From the NCBI RefSeq assembly GCF_000092105.1, contig NC_014148.1, forward strand, positions 2,400,001 to 2,432,000: a DNA stretch of 32,000 nt. Direction: 5' to 3'. Made by a program: the position numbers and the translations under genes. How positions within the stretch are numbered: position 1 is the stretch's first letter; each line of letters opens with the position of its first letter. Below are positions 16,894-25,773 of this stretch, piece after piece. A model generated the notes under the pieces. That model saw nothing but the letters and a program-made list of their open reading frames with translations, was not told where the DNA came from and searched no databases. This DNA comes from Planctopirus limnophila DSM 3776. GTDB taxonomy: Bacteria > Planctomycetota > Planctomycetia > Planctomycetales > Planctomycetaceae.

Positions 16894-18921
16894 TCAGTTT
16901 CTTTCCCGAGGCCTCTCCACATCGTAGCGCTTCAGCTTTCGATCCAGTGTCGAGCGTTCAATTCCCAAGATCTGAGCAGCCTGAGACTTGTTCCATCCTG
17001 TCCATTCTAATGTGGCCAGAATGTGCTGCTGCTCAACGATCTCCAGGGGCAAGGCCTCAAAAGTCTGCCTTGTCGAGATGTCGCGCGTAGGCTCCACAGA
17101 TTTGCCGGTTGTCCCAAGTGCCGAAAGATGCAGATCGGCCTGACCAACCGCCTCATGGGGACAAAGGATCACTGCCCGCTCGATGGTATGCTGTAGTTCT
17201 CTCACGTTCCCGGGCCAGTCGTATTCAATCAGTGCCTGCATCGCTCCAGGCGTAAACCCGACCATATTCCGTGCCATTTTTCGAGCGAACCTGTTCAGGA
17301 AATAATTCGCGAGCAGCGGAATATCCAGCTTTCTCCGACGGAGTGGCTCCACCACCAATTCGACCACCTGCAACCGGAAGTAAAGATCCTGACGGAAGGT
17401 TCCTTCGGAAACAGCTTTCTCCAGATCCCGATTCGTCGCCGCCACAACGCGAACATCGGCATGCACCGGGTCGCCGCCACCGACCCGTTCAAACGGATGT
17501 CCTTCCAGCACTCGCAGAAATTTGGCCTGTACTCCCGGGCTCATTTCGCCCACTTCATCAAGAAAAATCGTCCCCTGATGCGCCTGTTCAAATTTTCCCA
17601 ACTTGCGCCCAACGGCACCGGTAAATGAGCCTTTCTCGTGGCCGAACAGTTCGCTTTCCAGCAAGCTCTCGGAAAGTGCAGCACAGTTCATCGTAATGAA
17701 AGGGCCACCCCGACGGTTGCTATGCAAATGAATCGCCCGCGCGATCAATTCTTTGCCAGAGCCACTTTCCCCCCGAATGAGTGCGGTCGCATCTGTTGGA
17801 GCAATGCGTGCGATCCGGTTTTTCAACTGCTGCATGGCCGGGCTTTCGCCAATCAGATCCATCTCACTGCGTAATTGCTCACGCAGCGTCTGATTTTCGA
17901 CCTCGGCACGCTGCAAACCTGCCTGAAGCTTCTCGACACGTTGCAACTGTTCCAGACCAGCGGCCATCTGATCAGCCACAGCCAATGTAAACTCCAGGTC
18001 GTCGACTTCGAGTTGGCTCACGTTATCTGTCGAGTAAAGATGAATGAGCCCGTATACCTTTTCTGCTGTGCGTACAGGTGCACAGATAACGCTCTGAGCC
18101 TCGATCTCACCCAGACTGTCCCGATCCAGAAATCGATCATCCGAAGAGATATCGCGAGCCAGAACCGCTTCCTGATCCTTGAGGACAATCTGCGATAATG
18201 AATCAGACACCGGATGGTAGGGCTGATGGTTTTGAGCTCGATAAGCCACAACCGAAAGTTGATCGTTGCCGCCAGAATTTTTGGCGAGGCTCGAACTCAT
18301 CAGCAAAATGGCCCCGATGGTGGCCGATGATGCATTGAGGAGACCTTCAAGCACAATTTCTGAGAGGCCTTGAGCTGTCGTGGCTGAACCCATTTCCAAA
18401 GCCAGTCGATACAACCTCGAAAGCTCAAGCGAAGTCTTATCTCTGGCGGCAGCGTCCACAGGTTGCCGGAAGCGGGACTGACGCCGGCGATGTAGGATCT
18501 CTGGATTACTGTCGCTTTCGTGCCGCTCGCGGAGTGCATCGACTGTGTCAGATTCAATGGGCTCATCCAACCCATCGTCATCATCCCAACGCTGCGTGAG
18601 ACTTCCGGCCAGGCCAAAAATCGTGCTGCCAATCTGAAACGACTGGCCAAACTTCAACTCCACATCGCCTGAAATGCGTTCACCACGCAGTTTTGTCCCA
18701 TTGCGACTGCCACAATCTCGCAGGCGCCAGCAATTGACGTCAAAAAACAGCTCGCAATGATTACGGCTGCAGATTTCGTCCTGCACAACGATGCGGCAAG
18801 TGGTCGCCCGGCCAATCGTTGTCACCTGGTTATGAGGCAATCGGTAGACATCACCGCGTTTCACGCCGGTGCGAACGACCAGGTATGCGGGGTCTGCTTT
18901 TGTAATAACCTCTTGAGACAT
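16894..18921 (-). CDS. Sigma-54-dependent transcriptional activator (FHA - GAF - AAA+ - Fis-type HTH)
   Basis: The N-terminal FHA domain is [24 protein letters not shown]...NGT. A central GAF-like region follows. The AAA+ sigma-54 interaction domain has [14 protein letters not shown] (a GAFTGA variant), IFLDEVGE and RVVAATN. The C-terminal HTH is [24 protein letters not shown]. Confidence 0.92.
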   Translation of the reverse strand: MSQEVITKADPAYLVVRTGVKRGDVYRLPHNQVTTIGRATTCRIVVQDEICSRNHCELFFDVNCWRLRDCGSRNGTKLRGERISGDVELKFGQSFQIGSTIFGLAGSLTQRWDDDDGLDEPIESDTVDALRERHESDSNPEILHRRRQSRFRQPVDAAARDKTSLELSRLYRLALEMGSATTAQGLSEIVLEGLLNASSATIGAILLMSSSLAKNSGGNDQLSVVAYRAQNHQPYHPVSDSLSQIVLKDQEAVLARDISSDDRFLDRDSLGEIEAQSVICAPVRTAEKVYGLIHLYSTDNVSQLEVDDLEFTLAVADQMAAGLEQLQRVEKLQAGLQRAEVENQTLREQLRSEMDLIGESPAMQQLKNRIARIAPTDATALIRGESGSGKELIARAIHLHSNRRGGPFITMNCAALSESLLESELFGHEKGSFTGAVGRKLGKFEQAHQGTIFLDEVGEMSPGVQAKFLRVLEGHPFERVGGGDPVHADVRVVAATNRDLEKAVSEGTFRQDLYFRLQVVELVVEPLRRRKLDIPLLANYFLNRFARKMARNMVGFTPGAMQALIEYDWPGNVRELQHTIERAVILCPHEAVGQADLHLSALGTTGKSVEPTRDISTRQTFEALPLEIVEQQHILATLEWTGWNKSQAAQILGIERSTLDRKLKRYDVERPRERN

Positions 18922-19586
18922 AAAGCCAGCAATTCATCAGGGAGCTACAAAATTACCAGGCCACTGGATTTTTTCATGGCCATGGTAATCTTCACGCCGC
19001 CATATTTCTCGTACAGGAATTTGTTCTCAACCATAGAGTCGTCTCTACGGCTGTCACAACAGGAACTCAGGAATCTGTCGCTATTCAGTCTGTCGTTCAG
19101 GCGCAGCAAAAAGCCAAACACAACGATTATAACACGGTAACCTGTGGCTTGTGCATTGTCCAAATGGCATTGTGTCGCAGGAGCAGATGGAAAACCTGTC
19201 ATCTACTGTGTTCAGCCATCAATCCTGTCTCTTCCGTCGCCATATTTGCAGAGAGCCGTTCGAAAATCTTGCGGAGATTGAGTTTCAGGAGAGATCGGCT
19301 CTTGCACTTCGCAGAAACTCAAGTCATCGTTGAAGAAGTTCGCAGGGACGGGTGAACAGTGTTGATCGAGCTTCTTTCGAACTGAGTTCCTTTGGGAGAG
19401 TGACAAGCCAACATTGCCACCTCAACATGGTGACCATGGAATGGCCGGGTGAAGATCACGGCCCAACGGATTCATGACATAGACACTCTTGGTCCACCCG
19501 GGCACAAAATCAACAGCATCAATACGAATTTTTAAGCTGCGAAAACTGCCCACAAAGACAAAGTTCTGGCAATAGGAAATTCGACA

Positions 19587-20846
19587 GTGATCAATAACAG
19601 CCTGTACCTGGCTCTAATGCTGACAATTTCAATCAGCTGGCTGACTCCTGGACTCTCGCAGGCCGAAAACTGGCCCAGATTTCGAGGGCCTAACGGCACT
19701 GGTCTGTCAACGGAAAAAGGAGTTGCTACCCAGTGGGATCCACAGGCGGCCAAATGGGTCTGCACCCTGCCAGGAGAAGGCCATTCATCTCCTGTCATCT
19801 GGGATAACCGAGTCTTTGTCACCTCTGCTGAGGTGCTGGGTAACGAGAAGATCAAGCGATCATTACACGCCATCAAGACGGATACTGGTGAAATTGCGTG
19901 GACAGCCTCAACGATTCTCGGAGTCAACGGAAAACACGCCAAAAGCAGCTTTGCCAACGCTTCTCCAACCACTGATGGAGAGCGTGTTTACATTGCCTGG
20001 GCAGATACTGAGCGGTTTCTTGTGGAGGCCTTTGATTTTGGTGGCAAGAAACTCTGGAGTTACGATCTCGGCCCTTTTGCATCACAGCACGGGCAGGGGG
20101 CCTCGCCAATCCTTTTCGAGAACCTGCTGATCATGGCCAATGATCAGGACTCTGACAGTTCGATTGTAGCGCTGCACCGCAAAACGGGAGAAGTGGCCTG
20201 GCGTAAAGCCCGCGAATCGAGAGAAACGTCTTACGCCACACCTGCCATCCATGAACCTGCCAACGGCGCTCCAGCGCAACTGATTTGTGTAAACGGTGTT
20301 TCCGGAGTGACAGCACTCGATCCTTACACGGGAGATGTTCTCTGGACGAGTGAAGCCTTTCGCCAAAGAACTGTCGCCTCTCCACTGGTGACGGCTGGTC
20401 GGATTGTCGCTGGGGCAGGTCAGGGGGGGAAAGGGACGATGTACCATATCATCGACCCACTGGCGAAGCCGACGGATGGCCAGCTCCCTGTGGCACTGAA
20501 ACTCGAACGACTCTTACCTTACGTCCCTTGTGCGATCATCCACAAAGATCTGCTGTTTCTTTGGGGCGATGGTGGAGTCGTCTCATGCTTCAACCCCAAA
20601 ACAGGTGAACCCATCTGGACAGAGCGGGCCGGAGGCAAATTTACAGCATCCCCGATTGTGATCGATGATCGGCTGTACAACATTGATGAAAATGGCAAGA
20701 TCATTTGCCTCGCCGCTGATTCAACCTTCAAAGTGCTTGGAAATACCAGTCTTAGTGAGGGTTCCTACTCATCTCTGGCCGTTTCGAATGGTGTGGTCTA
20801 CGCCAAGACATTTACAAAACTTTACGCCCTGCCGCCCACCCGATAA
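19587..20846 (+). CDS. Secreted PQQ-like / BamB-like beta-propeller repeat protein
   Basis: A signal peptide (LALMLTISISWLTPGLSQA) is followed by ENWPRFRGPNGTG. The WxxxxGxxxSSP-type blade motif recurs (GHSSPVIWDNRVFV, ASPILFENLLI, ASPLVTAGRIV, ASPIVIDDRLY). The start codon is GTG. Confidence 0.85.
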   Translation: MINNSLYLALMLTISISWLTPGLSQAENWPRFRGPNGTGLSTEKGVATQWDPQAAKWVCTLPGEGHSSPVIWDNRVFVTSAEVLGNEKIKRSLHAIKTDTGEIAWTASTILGVNGKHAKSSFANASPTTDGERVYIAWADTERFLVEAFDFGGKKLWSYDLGPFASQHGQGASPILFENLLIMANDQDSDSSIVALHRKTGEVAWRKARESRETSYATPAIHEPANGAPAQLICVNGVSGVTALDPYTGDVLWTSEAFRQRTVASPLVTAGRIVAGAGQGGKGTMYHIIDPLAKPTDGQLPVALKLERLLPYVPCAIIHKDLLFLWGDGGVVSCFNPKTGEPIWTERAGGKFTASPIVIDDRLYNIDENGKIICLAADSTFKVLGNTSLSEGSYSSLAVSNGVVYAKTFTKLYALPPTR

Positions 20847-20894
20847 CTCATCTGATTGCCGCATTTTCGCTCTCAGTTCTTTCGATATTCCCGC

Positions 20895-20910
20895 TGGCAC
20901 GGGATGTGCT
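20895..20910 (+). promoter_or_regulatory. Candidate sigma-54 (-24/-12) promoter TGGCACGGGATGTGCT
   Basis: The consensus as I recall it is TGGCACG-N4-TTGCW. Here TGGCACG is a 7/7 match, exactly 10 nt separate the GG and GC dinucleotides, and the -12 element GTGCT matches 4/5. It lies about 93 bp upstream of the ATG at 21003. It was the best match among the TGGCAC/GTGCCA occurrences I found by eye in the window. Confidence 0.55.
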
Positions 20911-21002
20911 ATCTCTTTGAATAGTGGTGATTTTCTTTTTTCACCCGTCTTCATTTTCTGTTGTTACTTTCTCAATCTCTTCCATTTAGTAAAGGACGGC
21001 AT

Positions 21003-21512
21003 ATGCCTGCCTGGCCAGGAGGTCCTTGCCCGCAATGTGGTGAGGATGTCCCCCCTCGAATCGTCCGTTGCCGCAGTTGTCGCTGCCTGCTGAATCCTGA
21101 GCTTCAGCCAGAGGCGATTGTCACTCCGGAATTCGTCCCCTTACCAATCATTGAGACCGTCGTGGAGTTGAACTTCGAAGGCTACTTCATCGATTGCCCA
21201 GGCTGTCAGAAAGAATTACGGATTCACCGCAAATATCAGGGGCAAATCGTCAGTTGTAAGCATTGCCAATCGAACTTCTGTTTCGATCTGACGAACCCGG
21301 CTCTCAGGAACCACAGCGTTTATTCAGATTGCCCGCATTGCCAGAAGTCACTGAAGTTCGCCCCGAAATACCTGGGATTAAAAGTGGCCTGCCGGCACTG
21401 TGATGGTCGCCTGATGCTTCTCCCCACGGAATCTGCGACAGATTCAGAACCAGTAGCCACATCCCCTGGAAACCACATGCCCCACAAGCATCAATGCCAA
21501 GCTACTCGTTGA
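21003..21512 (+). CDS. Triple zinc-ribbon protein (MJ0042-type CxxC...CxxC modules)
   Basis: There are three CxxC-(16-22 aa)-CxxC units: CPQC..CRSC, CPGC..CKHC and CPHC..CRHC. The last two sit in a tandem repeat of about 45 aa (CPxCQKxLxxxxKYxGxxVxCxHC). I chose the ATG at 21003 with Shine-Dalgarno AAGGACGG over the TTG at 20961. Confidence 0.7.
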   Translation: MPAWPGGPCPQCGEDVPPRIVRCRSCRCLLNPELQPEAIVTPEFVPLPIIETVVELNFEGYFIDCPGCQKELRIHRKYQGQIVSCKHCQSNFCFDLTNPALRNHSVYSDCPHCQKSLKFAPKYLGLKVACRHCDGRLMLLPTESATDSEPVATSPGNHMPHKHQCQATR

Positions 21513-21571
21513 TAGACCTTGAGCAGCAGTGCACAGGCGACGAGCAGTTGATCATTTCCGGATACTCAAAC

Positions 21572-21608
21572 CATCCGACGATTCATTGTAAAAATGGATC
21601 GTCGGATG
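21572..21608. terminator. Hairpin between convergent genes (candidate terminator)
   Basis: catccgacgat-(15 nt)-atcgtcggatg forms an 11-bp perfect stem. It is followed on the plus strand by TTGCATTTTG. It overlaps the last codons of the minus-strand gene. Confidence 0.4.
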
Positions 21609-22143
21609 TTGCATTTTGAGTGGGCTCTGCAGCATTTTGATTCATGACGGGTTTTCCCTTGGCAGACTTAGGGCTTTCCACCATCTGCCCATCAATATCT
21701 GGCATCGTCGCATAGATCACATTGTTCTCATCAAAGAGCAGAGCCACATTGATGTGCCAGATCGAATCTTCCCGGCGCCACACATCACAGTAGAAAATCG
21801 ATTGATTAGCGCCGTAACTGCCTTGAATTCCCGCCTTCTGAAGCTTGGCCATCGCTTCTTCACGCTCAGTACCAAGCGGAGTGATCTTTAAGACTTCGCG
21901 AACCTGCTGGCCCGCGGGCCAGGGGCAGGATTGAAAACCCAGTTGACGATCATTTTGCCACGAAGCACATGAAGAAGTGATCGTAGTCATAGCTAGCAGC
22001 AGACTCCACAGCCCGAAAGGCCACGATGATGGAAACATCCATCGCTGACTCTGTTCGAACGCAACAGTCTTCGATGTTGCTTGCATTTCCGCGTGACTTG
22101 CCATGAGGTCGGAAGGATTCATTTCCGTTAACATGAAGCCCAC
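21583..22143 (-). CDS. Hypothetical protein, probable lipoprotein
   Basis: The hydrophobic segment FGLWSLLLAMTTITSSC has a lipobox-like Cys. The true start may be the internal MFPSSW at about 22038. I recognise no domain. Confidence 0.55.
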   Translation of the reverse strand: MGFMLTEMNPSDLMASHAEMQATSKTVAFEQSQRWMFPSSWPFGLWSLLLAMTTITSSCASWQNDRQLGFQSCPWPAGQQVREVLKITPLGTEREEAMAKLQKAGIQGSYGANQSIFYCDVWRREDSIWHINVALLFDENNVIYATMPDIDGQMVESPKSAKGKPVMNQNAAEPTQNATSDDPFLQ

Positions 22144-22260
22144 CAGAGAAATTCTTGATTCTTCCTGGAGACCGGGGTTCTATTCCACGATTGGCTTTTA
22201 CCTTGCTGGCTTCCCATTCGTCCAGATCAGTTGCCGGGATCTCTGCCCATAAATGTGGCT

Positions 22261-23340
22261 TTAAGCCGCACGGTCGAAAGTACGGATTCCCTGACCATCA
22301 ATTTGATCCGTCGAGTCGCGGGAATGGGATTTTTGTCCGACAATTCGGTCTGCAATAAAGTCAATCGACGTCGAAAGCCACCGGCGCAAGGGAAGATTCA
22401 GTCCCGCCGCCTCCTGACGCCAGGCGAATTCGTAGTCCCAGTCTTGGCAGGCATAGGCAATCCCCAGTTGCTCAAGTTGCCAGGCATTCACCTGCTGCTC
22501 CCACTGATTGGGCAGTGGAACAACAGTCACGGGTAAGCCCAGAAGATAAGCTTCCAAAGGTGTCGTGAAGCCTGCGCTGGTAATCACTGCCCGTGCTGAC
22601 AACAGATCCACTTCCATCTGCTGGCGGCTGGCTTGACGAAATTGAACCCATTTTTGCTCGATCCAACTCGCTGCGGCAAAGCCATACGCCACAACGGGAA
22701 CTTTCTCTCTGGCAGCCCATTCGACCAGTTTGCCGGAGTCGGCAAAGTGGGCATAGACCAGCAGATGCTCACCTCGCTTCGATTGGGAATTCACAATTTC
22801 AGGGCGGACGACAGGTGGGAGGCATCGATAGGTCGTCGGTGCATAGTGATATCCAAAAAAGCGGTCTGCCCCGAGAGTGAATAATCGCATGGCAGCCCGA
22901 GCCAGACGTGCATTCTTGGCCAGGTGTGCCGGGAACTCCAGATCACGGTCCAGGAGCGCCACCTGCCTGCTAACAGCCAGCACCTCGCAACGAGGAGCCA
23001 GCAGCGGACTGGCAGTCAGCGGTTCAAAGTCACTGATGATCAAATCCGGCTGGTACTCCCTGACGATTCGCCGAACTGCACGGAGACAACCAAATGTTCT
23101 CGGCGATTCCTTGAACCAGTTCCACGCCGTCTTCTGAAAATCGGTCTGTCCTTGATGAACTGCGTAAGGCAGGCCTGCGAAGTGCCGATGCCAGCGGAAC
23201 TGATATCCACTGGAAGTGAGAGCTGGCCCGGAAGTGATCAGTCGGACGTCATGTCCTCGCGCTTCCAGAATGGGAATGAGACTGGCGGCCTTCGAAAGAT
23301 GCCCCTGACCCTGCGAATTGGCTCCGTAGAGTATTCGCAT
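22261..23340 (-). CDS. Glycosyltransferase (GT-B fold, MJ1255/MGT-like)
   Basis: The N-terminus MRILYGANSQGQGHLSKAASLIPILEARGHDVRLITSG has the typical GT-B G-x-GH motif. The C-terminal half contains ITSAGFTTPLEAYLLGLP, the nucleotide-sugar binding helix pattern. Confidence 0.8.
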   Translation of the reverse strand: MRILYGANSQGQGHLSKAASLIPILEARGHDVRLITSGPALTSSGYQFRWHRHFAGLPYAVHQGQTDFQKTAWNWFKESPRTFGCLRAVRRIVREYQPDLIISDFEPLTASPLLAPRCEVLAVSRQVALLDRDLEFPAHLAKNARLARAAMRLFTLGADRFFGYHYAPTTYRCLPPVVRPEIVNSQSKRGEHLLVYAHFADSGKLVEWAAREKVPVVAYGFAAASWIEQKWVQFRQASRQQMEVDLLSARAVITSAGFTTPLEAYLLGLPVTVVPLPNQWEQQVNAWQLEQLGIAYACQDWDYEFAWRQEAAGLNLPLRRWLSTSIDFIADRIVGQKSHSRDSTDQIDGQGIRTFDRAA

Positions 23341-23566
23341 GATGGCAGCCTCCTCCAGCGATGGTTGTCACCAACACACCAATCATCGTTCAGGTCGCTG
23401 TCAGATCGAAAGATCCCGAGCTCATATCTGGGATTTTCCAGCGACATCCAACGACCGTTCGTCTTCCCATCAGAATCGACGAAAGACTGACCAGCCCTTG
23501 AATCAACCTTACGGATGATGCGAATGAAGCCTGCGTCATAACGGCAATAGTTGCCAGACAATACGA

Positions 23567-24496
23567 TCATTCCGATGGAATGTAGGCATTTCCACGATGA
23601 CCAAAGGAAAAGATCTGCGGATGGAAAATCTCCGCGAGAATTTCGGCCGATTCGACCAGTCGAGGCCCAGGTCGATTGAAATACTGGTTGCCATCAACGA
23701 TGTAAACCTGTCCTCCCTGCACAGCCCGCAGCTTTGCCCATTCAGGCTGTTTCGCCAGGCATGGCCATTCCTGCTGAATACGGGGAATGTCAAATCCACA
23801 AGGCATCACCAGCACGATATCAGGATCGGAGGCCAGGAGTTCATTCCAGGTCATCCACGGCGAATGTTGCCCAGCCACTCCAAAAAGATTCTCACCCCCG
23901 GCCAATGTCACCAGTTCGGGAACCCAGTTTCCTGCCGCCATAATGGGTTCCATCCATTCAATACAAGCGACTCGCGGTCTTCGGGTGACTTTACTCGCAG
24001 TTTGCGAGATTTCGTCCAATCGCCGCTGTGAATCTGCAATCAACTGAGCACCCCGCTCGGCCACACCAGCAGCGACGGCCACTCTTTCGATATCTTTCCA
24101 GACATCACTCAGCCAGTTGGGTTCACAGGCGACAATGCGAGGCTGACTTGTCACCACCGCGCACATGGCTGCTTCCACATCTTTGAGACTCACGGCACAG
24201 ACCTCGCACTGAGTCTGCGTGAGAATCAAAGTCGGCTCAAGATGATTCAGAAGTTCCACATCCACGTTGTAAACAGAAGTCGCATCTTTCAGGACATCTT
24301 TGACACGCTGATCAATCTCAAGACTGGAACCATTCACATCCAGTTTGGCCGAAGAACATTTGGGCAAACTCAGCACTTGTGGCGGATAATCGCATTCATG
24401 AGAACGGCCCACGAGTTCTTCAACGAGTCCCAGGCGATCCACAATTTCTGTCGCGCTGGCGATCAGCGACACAATCCGCTCGGGTCTTCTCTGCAT
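23567..24496 (-). CDS. BtuF/TroA-like (class III periplasmic-binding-protein fold) cobalamin/siderophore-type binding protein lacking a signal peptide
   Basis: The protein starts directly with the family's first strand (RIVSLIASATEIVDRLGL..VG.SHECDYP). It contains LEPTLILT, DPDIVLVMPCG and the NRPGPRLVESAEILAEIF C-terminal helix. No hydrophobic leader is available in the ORF. Confidence 0.8.
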   Translation of the reverse strand: MQRRPERIVSLIASATEIVDRLGLVEELVGRSHECDYPPQVLSLPKCSSAKLDVNGSSLEIDQRVKDVLKDATSVYNVDVELLNHLEPTLILTQTQCEVCAVSLKDVEAAMCAVVTSQPRIVACEPNWLSDVWKDIERVAVAAGVAERGAQLIADSQRRLDEISQTASKVTRRPRVACIEWMEPIMAAGNWVPELVTLAGGENLFGVAGQHSPWMTWNELLASDPDIVLVMPCGFDIPRIQQEWPCLAKQPEWAKLRAVQGGQVYIVDGNQYFNRPGPRLVESAEILAEIFHPQIFSFGHRGNAYIPSE

Positions 24497-24530
24497 GGCT
24501 GGCTCAATCTATAAACGAAACGATTAAACA

Positions 24531-25199
24531 TCAGGCTATGGCGAATTCGCACTGACGGTAAGGCCCTTCGTGGCGAATCCCCTGCTGGAGATACTCAATC
24601 GGCCACCGAAACAGCGGGCCATTCACCACCAGACTATGGTATTCGCCATTCTCACCTGCAGGATCCACTCCTGCTGGTAACGATTCCAGAAAATGATGAT
24701 CAAGCTCGCATCCCAGGGATTCAGCGTTCAAACAAGGTGCCAGCACACTGCACACGATGGATCGATACCCCGCCGCAACCAGTTGCGGCACGACATCTTC
24801 TGGTGGCAACTTCCACAACGGGAACAAAGGAGTCATCCCGTGGCGAGCACAGAGCCCTTCGCGATAGGCTCGAATCTCTTCCACGAAAAGATCACCAAAG
24901 ACGATATGATCAACCCCACGGCTCTTAAGTTTGGAAAAATACTTCGCGAGCCGATTTTCATATTCGATGTTCGAGCATTGATCAGGAAGAGGAATCAGAT
25001 CAACCGGAATACTCATGGATCTGGCCTGTGCTTGAATCATGCTCAAGGGTGTCCCATGAATTGCTAACAACCCACTTTCTTCGCAATACGTCGTGAAAAG
25101 CGCATGAACTTCAAAAGCCAATGGTTGAGAAAATAACCTGTGCAAGGCGAGCATGCAGTCCTTACCGCCACTCCAGGAAACAACTACTTTGATGGGCAT
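24531..25199 (-). CDS. Dph6/MJ0570-like PP-loop ATP pyrophosphatase (adenine nucleotide alpha-hydrolase superfamily)
   Basis: The PP-loop VVSWSGGKDCMLAL lies at the N-terminus, and the family-like blocks HIVFGDLF and NGEYHSLV are present. The ORF extends to a TTG at 25241, but the ATG at 25199 gives the usual short N-terminus. Confidence 0.8.
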   Translation of the reverse strand: MPIKVVVSWSGGKDCMLALHRLFSQPLAFEVHALFTTYCEESGLLAIHGTPLSMIQAQARSMSIPVDLIPLPDQCSNIEYENRLAKYFSKLKSRGVDHIVFGDLFVEEIRAYREGLCARHGMTPLFPLWKLPPEDVVPQLVAAGYRSIVCSVLAPCLNAESLGCELDHHFLESLPAGVDPAGENGEYHSLVVNGPLFRWPIEYLQQGIRHEGPYRQCEFAIA

Positions 25200-25326
25200 T
25201 ACAAGTACCGATCGAGTCAGTGCAGGCATTAAGCAAGTCAATTCAAACTCACAAACTCAACACCGGCAATCGTAGAAAACTTTCCACGCCATCGCGTAAT
25301 ACCCATCTGGTCTTCCGGGTCGAAAC

Positions 25327-25647
25327 TCAGGGCTTTTGAACCAGTGCTGTCTTTGTCTTCGTACAGACTCGCAGAGCAGGGTTTCTTTGCCATTCATCTC
25401 CTGGTGGCATGGGTTGCCATTTCTGGCAACTGGGACACCACAAAGCTGGCAACCACTCCTGTTCTTCTCCCACAGGAAGAACTCGAAACTCTTTCGCTTC
25501 TCCTGTTCCTTGCCGGACAAAAGTTGTCAGCGGTCGTTCGTCATCATGGACTGTCGATGAAGAACAGCCGCAGGTGATGGACGCCAGCATGAAACATAGA
25601 ATCATGCAGCATACCGACAATTGCCTGGAGTATTTGATCATTATCAT
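25327..25647 (-). CDS. Small putative lipoprotein (106 aa)
   Basis: The hydrophobic leader ends in a lipobox-like ASITCGC. The gene lies directly downstream of, and co-oriented with, the DUF1559 gene. It contains a CPSC motif and no domain I recognise. Confidence 0.55.
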   Translation of the reverse strand: MIMIKYSRQLSVCCMILCFMLASITCGCSSSTVHDDERPLTTFVRQGTGEAKEFRVLPVGEEQEWLPALWCPSCQKWQPMPPGDEWQRNPALRVCTKTKTALVQKP

Positions 25648-25773
25648 ATTGAGCCAGACTCGCTTCCATAAAATTGAACTCCATGATCACGCTCCAGAGG
25701 CCCACGTATCGACCTGGACCTCTGAAGGAACGTCCATACAACACGACGAATTCATCGCGGGGACGAACTGGCC

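Noticed and set aside
19165-19179. A sigma-54-like TGGCATTGTGTCGCA upstream of the beta-propeller gene.
   Set aside because: Only 9 nt separate GG and GC, where 10 are required and the spacing is strict. It also lies about 400 bp from the start codon.
21518-21530. CAGTGCACAGG just after the zinc-ribbon gene, resembling the CCAGTGCACTGG palindrome at 16401.
   Set aside because: Only the 8-mer CAGTGCAC is shared. One such palindromic 8-mer match in 32 kb is roughly what chance predicts.
22173-22190. A tRNA T-loop-like string, ccGGGGTTCTATTCCacg.
   Set aside because: The flanks do not form a T-stem (CGGGG versus CCACG), and no acceptor or anticodon arms can be drawn.
23238-23570. A 110-aa minus-strand ORF whose ATG overlaps the BtuF-like stop (ATGA) and fills the 226-bp gap before the glycosyltransferase gene.
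   Set aside because: It would overlap the well-anchored glycosyltransferase N-terminus (MRILYGANSQGQGH) by about 100 nt, and the overlapping part is Arg-rich shadow-frame sequence. I recognise no motif. A shorter real peptide cannot be excluded without conservation or ribosome-profiling data.
25257-25744. Alternative-frame ORFs 25257..25520 - and 25544..25744 - within the riboswitch-proximal string.
   Set aside because: They overlap the 106-aa ORF that has a hydrophobic leader and lipobox, or lie in the gap without any start context. Their translations lack a signal peptide or any motif.
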